Shown: positions 56,015 through 64,000 of the stretch, in pieces
How the letters are laid out: the number at the start of each line of letters is the position of its first letter
Numbering within the stretch: position 1 is the stretch's first letter
DNA from: Thermoplasmata archaeon
GTDB lineage: Archaea > Thermoplasmatota > Thermoplasmata > Lutacidiplasmatales > UBA184
Length of the DNA stretch: 64,000 nucleotides
Direction of reading: 5' to 3'
Assembly (NCBI GenBank): GCA_022750115.1
Contig: JAKIWI010000001.1
Span: forward strand, 83,490-147,489
The notes under the pieces: generated by a model
What the model saw: the letters and a program-made list of their open reading frames with translations, nothing else
What the model was told of the DNA's origin: nothing
The model's database searches: none
Made by a program: the position numbers and the translations under genes

Positions 56015-57243
56015 GAGCCTTCCTCCCACCCAGCGAGGTACTCGCGCTGGCCGGCCGTCAGGTCGTCGATGCCCGCGCCCAGCGGCGCTAAGGCGGCGAC
56101 CGCAACAGAGTGGTCGAGTTCGGGGGGGACAGGGTGGACCTTCGGGGGAAGTTCGCGGCCCCGTCGTGCGATCCACTCCGCCGACAGCGCCTGCAGGGAG
56201 AAACTCAGGTCCATGATCTCGACGGGGTGCCCCTGGCCGGTCGCGAGGTTGATCAGCCGACCTTCCGCGAGCAGATGGAAGGTTCGGCCATCCGCCATGC
56301 GGAACGCCTCGACCCCCGGGCGGACGGTCGATCGCGACTCCGCGAGTCCCGCGAGTTCGGTGATCGCGATTTCCACGTCGAAATGGCCCGCATTCGCCAG
56401 CAGGCACCCGTTCTTGAGGACGCGGAAATGTTCGCCCCGGACCACATCGCGATTTCCCGTCGCGGTGACGATCAGGTCGGCTTCGGGGGCGGCGTCCAGC
56501 ATCGGCATCACGCGGAATCCCTCGAGGCGGGCCTCGATCGCCTTGACGGGATCGACCTCCGTTATGATGACCTCTGCCCCGATGCCACGGAGTCGCGAGG
56601 CGATGCCTTTCCCGCACCAGCCGTAGCCGGCGACGACGGCGGTCCGTCCCGCGATGAGCAGGTTGGTGGCCCCGAAGAGCCCATCCAGAACGGACTGGCC
56701 GCACCCGAACCGATTGTCGAACAAGTGCTTCATCATCGCATCGTTGACATCGACGGCGGGAAACCGGAGCTTTCCCGCTCGCTCGAGGCTGCGTAGTCGG
56801 GTGACACCGGTGGTCGTCTCCTCGGTGGAACCGAGAATCTTGCCCCGGTCCGGTCGGTCGGTGTGCGCCAGAACCACCAGGTCGGCTCCGTCGTCGATCA
56901 GAACATCCGGTTGCGCGGCCAGCATCGCATGGAGCGCCGTACGGTACTCTCCCGTCGACTCTCCTCTCCGAGCGTGGGTGTCAACGCCGGCCTCTCGAAG
57001 GGCTGCGACGGCGTCGTCGTCGGTCGAGAGCGGGTTCCCGGCGGCGAGGTGGACCTCGGCTCCCCCCGCCTTCAGGGCCAACGCCAGCGCCGCCGTCTTG
57101 GCCTCGACGTGGAGGACGCAGGAGAGCGTCAATCCACGGAACGGTTGCTCGAGTTCGAACCGCTCGCGGATGCCGCGCAGGACCGGCATGTGCCGCTGAG
57201 CCCACGCGACCTTGAGGCGTCCGGTCTCGAGAGAGCCGACCAT
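56011..57243 (-). CDS. ahcY: adenosylhomocysteinase (S-adenosyl-L-homocysteine hydrolase)
   Basis: 410 aa. NAD-binding motif VVAGYGWCGKG. Conserved SAHH blocks (..HLFDNRFGCGQS..). Its stop overlaps the gcvH start. Confidence 0.9.
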   Translation of the reverse strand: MVGSLETGRLKVAWAQRHMPVLRGIRERFELEQPFRGLTLSCVLHVEAKTAALALALKAGGAEVHLAAGNPLSTDDDAVAALREAGVDTHARRGESTGEYRTALHAMLAAQPDVLIDDGADLVVLAHTDRPDRGKILGSTEETTTGVTRLRSLERAGKLRFPAVDVNDAMMKHLFDNRFGCGQSVLDGLFGATNLLIAGRTAVVAGYGWCGKGIASRLRGIGAEVIITEVDPVKAIEARLEGFRVMPMLDAAPEADLIVTATGNRDVVRGEHFRVLKNGCLLANAGHFDVEIAITELAGLAESRSTVRPGVEAFRMADGRTFHLLAEGRLINLATGQGHPVEIMDLSFSLQALSAEWIARRGRELPPKVHPVPPELDHSVAVAALAPLGAGIDDLTAGQREYLAGWEEGS

Positions 57244-57438
57244 CGATGGGACCGTGGCCCTCCACGGAGCGCGGCTTAAAACATCTGTTCGTTCGCGCCG
57301 TCGGAGCGCGGAGCGCCGGACTTTGGCCAGCGCCCGAACCTCTCGGGCGGATCCGACCCACGCTCGCGAGGCCCCCTGGCCCTCTGGTCCGGGCCGCTCG
57401 GCGCAAACCTACAAGTCCCCGTCGGTGGAAACCCTATC

Positions 57439-58209
57439 GTGACCGAATCGGTCCGGGTGGGCGGCGGGCGGACGATGGCCTATGGCCACCCGCACGACCT
57501 CGCGGGGATTCTCGAGGTGTTCGTCATGGACGTCTATCGCGCTGACGAGCTGCCCCGGGGGGCACTGGTGATCGACCTTGGCGCGGGCCTGGGGGATTAC
57601 ACGGTCGCCGCCGGACGTGCCGTCGGGCCGGGGGGCTTCGTAATCGCGCTCGAGCCGAGCCCGACGGACTTCGCCCGGCTCGCGGAAAACGTCCGAGACT
57701 CGGGTCTCGCCAACGTCGTGTGCGTTTGTGGGGCGCTGGGTCGAGAGGGGGAGCGCCTCCGCCTGCGATTCAAGGAGCTCGAGTTCGAGGCGGTCGCCCT
57801 CGGGCTCGAGACGCTTCTGCGGCAGGCGGGCCTCGACATCCCCCAGGCGCTCGGGCGCCGGATCTACCTCAAGATCGATATCGAAGGGGCGGAGGTCGAC
57901 GCGCTCGGGCGGCTCGAACCCCTCCTGCCCTCGGTCGAGCTGGTTGCCATCGAGCTCCACGGAACCAAGGCCGCGGTCGACCGCATCCTGCTCCCCCTTC
58001 GGTTCGAGTTCCGACGCCTCACCCGCTTCCAGTACCTCTCGCGCTCGCTTCGGTTCGTGGTCCGACATCCGGTCGCCGCGGTCGACCTGTGGCGCCGCTA
58101 CCGGGCCTCCGACGAGTTCTCCGGGATGGGCAAGATCCTGCGAGGGATCGAGATCTCGGCGTCCGACTCGCTCATCGTCGGAACGTACCAGCGCGCGGGT
58201 TCGCCCTGA
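57439..58209 (+). CDS. FkbM-family methyltransferase
   Basis: 256 aa with SAM motif I (VIDLGAGLGDYTV) and an FkbM-like C-terminus. Confidence 0.65.
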   Translation: MTESVRVGGGRTMAYGHPHDLAGILEVFVMDVYRADELPRGALVIDLGAGLGDYTVAAGRAVGPGGFVIALEPSPTDFARLAENVRDSGLANVVCVCGALGREGERLRLRFKELEFEAVALGLETLLRQAGLDIPQALGRRIYLKIDIEGAEVDALGRLEPLLPSVELVAIELHGTKAAVDRILLPLRFEFRRLTRFQYLSRSLRFVVRHPVAAVDLWRRYRASDEFSGMGKILRGIEISASDSLIVGTYQRAGSP

Positions 58210-58326
58210 GGCGGCGCGCCAACTCCCGAGATCGGGAGGATTCGCGGCGGGTCGTTCCGGAGGCCCGCAAACCCTGCCGCGCTACCGACGCCCCTTTATG
58301 GCGCGCCGCCGACAGGGAGCGTTCGT

Positions 58327-59100
58327 ATGTCCCCGAAGCGCTCGCATCCCCGGGACCCGCTCGTGATCGGGCAGGTCGCGGCGCGACTGGCACTCGAGTG
58401 GACATTTCGGCCGCTGCTCCGCCCCAGCCTCGACGAGTTCCGAGGCGCGGCCCGCACCCAAGACACCGTCGCCCACGGCTTGCTTGACGACCCCCGCGGG
58501 GAATCGACCCGAAACATCCCCCGGTACCGGGCGGAGTTCGACGAACTCGTCGCGTCGATGGCGGGTCCCTTGGCCGCGCACTATCCCCCTCACTGGCGGA
58601 TCGAGCCGGAGCCGGGGTTTCTCCTCTACGGTCTCGTTCGAAGCCGAAGCCCCTCCCTGGTGGTCGAGACTGGGGTGGCGGACGGCTTCTCGTCACGGTT
58701 GATCCTCGAAGCGCTGCGCCGGAACGGTTCGGGGAGGCTGGTGAGCGTGGACCGCCGAGACGACGTGGGGGCGCTTGTCCCGCCGAACCTGCGACCTTCC
58801 TGGGAGCTCACCATCCTCGGGCGGGGGCGCCGGTACTCCGGCCTACGGGCCTTGTTCTCAAGTACGGGGCCCGTCGACATGTTCCTACACGATAGCGCCC
58901 ACACCTACCGCCACCAGCTCCGTGAATACCGCGCCGCGTGGCCCAACCTGCGTCCCGCCGGGCTGCTCTTGTCGGACGATGCCGATGCCTCCTTCGCCTT
59001 CCTGGATTTCGCGCGCTCGGTGGGCGGTCGGCCCGACGTTCTGGTGAGCCGAACTCGAGTCTTCGGCGTACTGCCGCGCGCTGGGGCGGCTGCCACCTAG
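58327..59100 (+). CDS. class I SAM-dependent O-methyltransferase-like protein (CmcI/TylF-like)
   Basis: 257 aa. Motif I is LVVETGVADGFSS. The acidic HDSAHTY region is typical of the macrocin-O-methyltransferase / cephalosporin-hydroxylase-type family. Confidence 0.55.
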   Translation: MSPKRSHPRDPLVIGQVAARLALEWTFRPLLRPSLDEFRGAARTQDTVAHGLLDDPRGESTRNIPRYRAEFDELVASMAGPLAAHYPPHWRIEPEPGFLLYGLVRSRSPSLVVETGVADGFSSRLILEALRRNGSGRLVSVDRRDDVGALVPPNLRPSWELTILGRGRRYSGLRALFSSTGPVDMFLHDSAHTYRHQLREYRAAWPNLRPAGLLLSDDADASFAFLDFARSVGGRPDVLVSRTRVFGVLPRAGAAAT

Positions 59101-59143
59101 TCGTGGCCCGGGGGCCCCCGGGCCGGAGAGCGCGACGGTGGGC

Positions 59144-62100
59144 CTACTGGGTCACCGCTCCGCAGAACGGACAGACGAGGTACTCGGGCGGGATCTCCTT
59201 GCCGCAGTTCGAGCACGCCTTCATCGGCGCGACGGGCGGCGAGGGCGACGGGGCCCCCACGGCAGCGGCCGGGGTCGGCGGAGGAGCCAGCGTCGGGGTC
59301 GACGCGCCGGACTTCATGGGAGCGGCTCGAGCGGGTGCGGGAGCGGCGGGCGGGGCCCCGCCCGCGCTTGGTCCGCCGCCCTTCTTGGGGGTGGAGGCGG
59401 CGGTGGGTGCGGCGCCGCCGGGCGGCATCGCCTGGTCCGTGGTCTCCGACCCTTCGGGCGGGGCGGTCATCCCGGCGCGCGAACCCTGCGATTGCTGGGA
59501 CTTCCACTGGCTGAACGGAAGGTACGTCGGCTGGCGCTTCCACCAGTCCCAGAACGCGCCCTCGTTGTAGTTGGGCCCGAGCTCCTTGCGAGCGTCGCCG
59601 CGGAACCGCTCGACGAAGTCCCCGTACCCCTGGCGCTCCGGGTCCGTGGTCTCCGTCTCGCCCTTGCCGAGCAGCTGCGCAGCGCACTCGGGGCAGACCT
59701 GCGAAGTCGCCGGGATCGTGGAGCCGCACCGGCTGCAGCGGACGAGGTCGGACTCGAACTCCGCGCCGCACTTCGGGCACGTCGTCGCGTCCTCGGGGAT
59801 CAGGTTGCCGCACTCCCCGCACTCGACGAGCTTGCCCTTCGCCTGGCGGCGGAAGACGAACAGGATGCCGACGACCGCCGCGGCGGCCGCCGCGATGATG
59901 ACAATCAGCAGCCAGATCGGGATCAGACCGAGCAGCTTCTGCTCGTACCAGGGGAGCGGGCCGGCCGGGGGCGGCCCGACGGTGAACGCGTTGGTGACGT
60001 TGAGGGTCGCGATGCGGCCCTGGTGGTACGCCGTGACGGTCAGCGAGTAGACCCCGTTCGCCATCGATGACGGGAGCGCAAGCTCGACCACCTGGCCTTT
60101 CGAGGAGCTCGTCTGCGAGCTACTCAGGACGTACAGTCCGGCGGCCGATGACGCCGTGACGTTCAGCCACGCCGCCTGGCTGCCCGAATAGATCAGCGTC
60201 GCCGACGCGATGTAGCCGCTGCCCGGGGTGAGCTGTCCGCCGGGACCTGCGAACTTGAGCGTGATGTACGACGGCTCGATGATCTTGTTCGAGGCCGCCT
60301 CCGCAAGGCCCCCGATTGGGGCGATGCCGTGGTTCCAGATCACGATCGCCAGGAACGTCTGGTTGACCGGCGGGTGCGGGATGCCGGTGACGGACTCGTT
60401 CACGACCCAGGGGATCGTGACGTTCACGCTGGCACCGACCGCGAGGGGGGACTTCCCGGTGTGGTTGCCGAGGAGCGTCGTGTTCTCGGGGTGCGCCGTC
60501 GAACCGACCGCCTCGAGGGTGAGGCTGTAGTTCCCGACCGCGCCGGTCCCGATGTTCGAGATGAGGACGGTGAAGTTGGTGTACTCGCCGATCGCGAGCG
60601 TGTCGTTCGTGTTCGCAGTGCCGTTCCCGACCCCGACGCTCACGGTGGCGATCGCGGTCGAGAGCTCGGGCCGGTAGAGCGGGAAGACGGTCGGGGACTG
60701 GACGTCCGCCGACGCGGGGTTCATGACGGTCGGGTAGGGGGAGAGGCCGCCCGTGAACCACTCCGGCGCACCGGCGCGGCCACCCGAGACGGTCACCACG
60801 ACGTGGTAGCCGCCGAGGAACAGGCCGTCTTGGAGGGTGCCCAAGGTCAAGATGCCCGAGGCGAGGAGGAGGCCGGCGTAGCCCGTGTTCGGGTTCGTCT
60901 GACCGTACGCGGCGACGTTGTGCGCGGTATCCCACGCCGTGACGTAGCCCGCGAGCGCGGGGTCGGAGACCGCGAAGTTGTTGAGCGCGGTGGCGGTCGC
61001 GTTGTTCACCTGGCTCGCGTCGTAGGCGTAGAACGCCTCGGCGGTGCCGCCGGCGACCGGCTGGGATCCGGCGCCGAAGACGGGGATGAACATCCACCGG
61101 AACAGGTTCACGGTCGAGGTCGCGTCCGGCAGGATCGCCGAGATGTCGGTCGTGTTGGAGGGGTTCTCGGGCGTGCTGATCGAGAGGTTCCCGACGAACG
61201 CCTGGGCGTGGTTCTGGACGATGACCTTCTTCGAGGCCCACGGGAGCACGCCGGGCGGCGCGGTCGGGGGTCGCGGGAAGGGAGCGACCGGGTACCAGTT
61301 CACGTCGAGCGACGAGTCGACCGCCGTGAGCACGGTGCCCGTGCCGTCCGCGGTGACGTTGAACGAGGTGCCGGCGGTCAGGTCGATCTCGACGAGCGTG
61401 ATGGTGACCGGCGTGGCCGAGTTCGTGAATCCGAGGTCGACCGAGACGGCGCCGCTGGCCGCCCCCGCGAAGAACGCCGCGACGCCCTGGCTGTTGATCT
61501 GGGCGAGGGCGGCCGCGGGCAGCGCCACCGAGACGACGGTGCCGGCCGCGGGGTAGTCGATGGTGCCCAGGTTCACGGTCGGCGAGGTGAAGACGAACGA
61601 GTTCCCCGAGGTCGAGGACTCATCCACCGTCGCCGTGTAGTCGATCGTGACCGACCCCGCGGTGACGGTCCGGTAGAGCGAGTCGCGGAGGAGCGACAGC
61701 GGGTCGCTCGGCGTGGCGTACGACGCGAACGCATTGCTCTGGCCCGAGGAGATCGTGGCCGAGGTCGAGTCGTCGAGCGGGAGCGGCTCCGGGGCGCCCG
61801 ACTGCGTCCAGTTGTCGGCGTACGTGCGGGTCTCGCTCGTTCCGTCGAGGGTGAGTTGGCCGCCGGCGAGGACCGAGAGGGCGGGGGCGTACAGGCTGTC
61901 GTTCGTGGTGAGGGCGTTCTGGGGGATGCTCGTGTTCGGGAGGAGCGCGTTCTGAGGGTTCGGGCCGATGGTGGAGCTGTTGACCCACAGGCCGGCGCCG
62001 GCCCCGTAGACGTTGACCCAGCCGGCGAAGTCGAGGTTGCTCGCGTTGACGTACATCTGGCCGGGGGTCGAGACGTTCAGGGTCACCTTCGGGTAGGCGT

Positions 62101-62575
62101 TGAGGACCCCGAGGTCGTCCGTCAGGACGGAGCTCTCGAGCCAGACCGTCCCCTGGTCGCTGAACGTGTAGATGTGGCCGAGGCGGCTCGAGACCGAGCC
62201 GGTCGAGCCGATGTACTGGACGAAGGCGAACGTCGTCTGGAGGATGATGAGCTTGCCTCCGGGCAGGACCGTGACGTTCCCTCCCTGGTAGTAGAACTGG
62301 TGCGTGGCGGAGCCGGGGGCAATGACGTACGGCGAGTTCGCCGGGCCGACGATGAGGTCACCATGGGTGACCGCGGCCGCCCGCGGCGCGGCCGGAACGG
62401 CCGCGGAGGCGTGCGGGTACGGAACGCCGGTCGCGCCGGGCCCGTGGGCCGGGATGGCAAATAGGCTCGCGACGAGCACGAGGATCAGGAGCCCAAGAAC
62501 CCAGCGTCCGGTCGTTCGGCTGGTCGATAGCGCCGTCCCTCCCCCAAGTGGGGAGGGGACTGCAAAACGGTCCAC
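59144..62575 (-). CDS. giant cell-surface protein with signal peptide, sequon-rich ectodomain, one TM helix and cytoplasmic tail carrying three zinc ribbons
   Basis: 1143 aa. N-terminal signal peptide, then about 840 aa of beta-rich sequence with dense NxS/T sequons. A TM helix (LLGLIPIWLLIVIIAAAAAAVVGILFV). Cytoplasmic tail with CGECGx10CPKC, CSRCGx10CPEC and a terminal CSNCGx10CPFCG, plus a Pro/Ala-rich low-complexity spacer. Confidence 0.65.
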   Translation of the reverse strand: MDRFAVPSPLGGGTALSTSRTTGRWVLGLLILVLVASLFAIPAHGPGATGVPYPHASAAVPAAPRAAAVTHGDLIVGPANSPYVIAPGSATHQFYYQGGNVTVLPGGKLIILQTTFAFVQYIGSTGSVSSRLGHIYTFSDQGTVWLESSVLTDDLGVLNAYPKVTLNVSTPGQMYVNASNLDFAGWVNVYGAGAGLWVNSSTIGPNPQNALLPNTSIPQNALTTNDSLYAPALSVLAGGQLTLDGTSETRTYADNWTQSGAPEPLPLDDSTSATISSGQSNAFASYATPSDPLSLLRDSLYRTVTAGSVTIDYTATVDESSTSGNSFVFTSPTVNLGTIDYPAAGTVVSVALPAAALAQINSQGVAAFFAGAASGAVSVDLGFTNSATPVTITLVEIDLTAGTSFNVTADGTGTVLTAVDSSLDVNWYPVAPFPRPPTAPPGVLPWASKKVIVQNHAQAFVGNLSISTPENPSNTTDISAILPDATSTVNLFRWMFIPVFGAGSQPVAGGTAEAFYAYDASQVNNATATALNNFAVSDPALAGYVTAWDTAHNVAAYGQTNPNTGYAGLLLASGILTLGTLQDGLFLGGYHVVVTVSGGRAGAPEWFTGGLSPYPTVMNPASADVQSPTVFPLYRPELSTAIATVSVGVGNGTANTNDTLAIGEYTNFTVLISNIGTGAVGNYSLTLEAVGSTAHPENTTLLGNHTGKSPLAVGASVNVTIPWVVNESVTGIPHPPVNQTFLAIVIWNHGIAPIGGLAEAASNKIIEPSYITLKFAGPGGQLTPGSGYIASATLIYSGSQAAWLNVTASSAAGLYVLSSSQTSSSKGQVVELALPSSMANGVYSLTVTAYHQGRIATLNVTNAFTVGPPPAGPLPWYEQKLLGLIPIWLLIVIIAAAAAAVVGILFVFRRQAKGKLVECGECGNLIPEDATTCPKCGAEFESDLVRCSRCGSTIPATSQVCPECAAQLLGKGETETTDPERQGYGDFVERFRGDARKELGPNYNEGAFWDWWKRQPTYLPFSQWKSQQSQGSRAGMTAPPEGSETTDQAMPPGGAAPTAASTPKKGGGPSAGGAPPAAPAPARAAPMKSGASTPTLAPPPTPAAAVGAPSPSPPVAPMKACSNCGKEIPPEYLVCPFCGAVTQ

Positions 62576-62771
62576 GACCGAAATAAAGTGAAGGTCCCGG
62601 TATAAAAAACGTCGGGACGCGCCGGGCGAGGTTCCGCCCCCGTCGCGATGCGATTCCGACGACGACGGGAGAGCCCCAACGGCCGGCGACGTTCGGCTCT
62701 CGGCCGGGGAGCTGTATCTTTCGCGCCCGCCGATCGCGACGCTCCGTTCGGCGGCGCCCGTCGCTCGCGGG

Positions 62772-63806
62772 CTAGGGACCGCGGAGAACGATCTTTCCGA
62801 ACAGGTCCGGGGCGTCGATCCGGGCGAACGCCGCGGGGCCGTCGTCGAACGCCGACTCGCTGTCGAGGACCGCGCGCAGACGCCCCGCGCGGAGCTCCCC
62901 GAGTACCTCGTCGAACTCCGCGAACGACGCCATGGTGCTCCCGCGGATCGATGCCTGGCGCCAGAACAGCGTCCGAAGGTCGAGCGCGACCTGCGGGCCG
63001 GTCGTGGCCCCGATGACGACGACCCGGCCGCCGCGCGCGACGGCCTTCAGCGACCGGGGAACCGTCTCGGCGCCGGCCGAATCGAAGATGACGTCGACGC
63101 CACGCTTCCCCGACCACTCCCACAGGACCTTGTCGAGGGGCCGGTCCGGGCCCGTGAGGAGGACGTCATCGGCCCCGAGCGCCCGCGCCCGTTCGCCCTT
63201 GGCAGCGTCCCGGGTCGTGACCGCGACGCGCGCGCCCAGGCGCTTCGCCACCTGCACCGCCGCCGAGGAGGTTCCGCCGCCGGCGCCCACGATCGCCACG
63301 GAGTCGCCGGGCTTGGTCTCGCCGACCGTCTTGAGCGCCCGCCAGGTCGTTTGGAAAACCAGCGGCATCGCTGCGGCCTCCGAGAAACTCCAAGCCGCCG
63401 GAATCGGGTGCACGTTCGCCCGCGGGAGGATCACGAACTCGGTCGCGCTCCCTTGCGTGTGTTCGCCGAGGATTCGGAGCGAGCGGCACATCGCCTGGTC
63501 GCCGCGGCGACACGCCTCGCACGTCCCATCGGGGAGCCCAGGGTTCCCGAGCACGCGCGTCCCGACCGCCAGGTCGCGGACCCCGTCCCCGACCGAATCG
63601 ACCTCGCCGGCGACATCGGACCCCAACACATGGGGGAGAACGATCGGCACGCCGGGGATCCCGCCGAGTACGAACCGGTCCAAGCGATTGAACGCCGCGG
63701 CACGGACCCGGATCCGGACCTCGCCGGGACCGGCCGTCGGCTCCGGTGCTTCGATGAACGCGACCTGCTCGAGCCCTCCGTGGGCCGCGAAGCCCAGGCC
63801 TCTCAT
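62772..63806 (-). CDS. zinc-binding alcohol dehydrogenase / MDR-family oxidoreductase
   Basis: 344 aa. Rossmann motif VAIVGAGGGTSSAAVQ. Structural-zinc Cys cluster (..GTCEACRRGDQAMC..). Confidence 0.8.
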   Translation of the reverse strand: MRGLGFAAHGGLEQVAFIEAPEPTAGPGEVRIRVRAAAFNRLDRFVLGGIPGVPIVLPHVLGSDVAGEVDSVGDGVRDLAVGTRVLGNPGLPDGTCEACRRGDQAMCRSLRILGEHTQGSATEFVILPRANVHPIPAAWSFSEAAAMPLVFQTTWRALKTVGETKPGDSVAIVGAGGGTSSAAVQVAKRLGARVAVTTRDAAKGERARALGADDVLLTGPDRPLDKVLWEWSGKRGVDVIFDSAGAETVPRSLKAVARGGRVVVIGATTGPQVALDLRTLFWRQASIRGSTMASFAEFDEVLGELRAGRLRAVLDSESAFDDGPAAFARIDAPDLFGKIVLRGP

Positions 63807-64000
63807 CGCTCAGATCCGCGAAGGCGCCAGCGCGTGACACCACCGTGGTCTTCGACCACGATGCCGGCGGCGGCGAGCGCGTCCCGGATGCGATCCGCTT
63901 CGGGGAAGTCGCCCCGGTCGCGGGCCCGGGCCCGCGCGTCGAGCGACGCTTGGACGACCTCGGGGACCACGGAGGATTCGTCGAGCGGGATCCCACCGCA
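63803..64000 (-). CDS. cysS: cysteine--tRNA ligase, C-terminal fragment (continues beyond window)
   Basis: Reverse translation ends ..RDRGDFPEADRIRDALAAAGIVVEDHGGVTRWRLRGSER*. This matches the conserved CysRS C-terminal helical domain. Its stop overlaps the ADH ATG (ATGA). Confidence 0.55.
   Translation of the reverse strand, partial: CGGIPLDESSVVPEVVQASLDARARARDRGDFPEADRIRDALAAAGIVVEDHGGVTRWRLRGSER

Noticed and set aside
55610-56704. 364 aa ORF covering gcvH and running antisense through ahcY
   Set aside because: Only the last 134 codons are GcvH-like, with a GGAGG box and GTG start. The rest is antisense to the strongly supported ahcY.
57244-57438. Possible small gene or ncRNA in the 195 bp gap upstream of the FkbM methyltransferase
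   Set aside because: The only ORF there (99 aa) is Arg/Pro-rich junk. The CTTAAAA box serves ahcY on the opposite strand. No structured-RNA signal is visible by eye.
1-64000. Search for CRISPR arrays, insertion sequences, integrases, prophage or tRNA/rRNA genes
   Set aside because: No regularly spaced direct repeats, no transposase- or integrase-like ORFs, and no intergenic region showing obvious tRNA cloverleaf conservation were found. tRNAs cannot be fully excluded without a covariance-model scan such as tRNAscan-SE or Infernal.

Overview
High-GC (about 68-70%) chromosomal segment that is clearly archaeal. It carries archaeal-only or archaeal-type genes: the primase small subunit PriS, flap endonuclease FEN-1, RIO1 kinase with its KH partner, archaeal-type cofactor-independent phosphoglycerate mutase, the ArfC riboflavin reductase, a PAC2 proteasome-assembly chaperone, and a class III (type IV pilin-like) signal peptide. 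Promoters look archaeal: TATA-like boxes (CTTAAA/CTTATA/TTATCA) sit 22-30 nt upstream of start codons, so most transcripts are leaderless; a few also have a GGAGG box. The proteins are not acid-shifted, so this is not a haloarchaeon. The lineage cannot be fixed from the sequence alone; a Thermoplasmatota-like heterotroph is a guess. Gene content: the nuoABCD start of complex I; two glycan-biosynthesis islands (GT2/GT4/GT-C glycosyltransferases, methyltransferases, a giant membrane glycosyltransferase-like protein); a stomatin/NfeD pair; an information-processing cluster (RIO1, KH, PriS, FEN-1); a fatty-acid beta-oxidation / acyl-CoA set; PEP synthase; SAH hydrolase; GcvH. The stand-out region is a roughly 10 kb cell-surface island of huge sequon-rich secreted proteins (pilin-like, PQQ and Kelch beta-propellers with PKD domains). 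Next to it is an unusual two-gene operon: a tandem ribbon-helix-helix protein upstream of a short FtsZ/tubulin-superfamily GTPase. Several surface or membrane proteins end in cytoplasmic zinc-ribbon tails. There are no CRISPR arrays, transposases, integrases, rRNA genes or obvious tRNA genes. Many long Arg-rich ORFs in the six-frame track are antisense artefacts of high GC. Coordinates counted by hand may be off by 1-3 nt.
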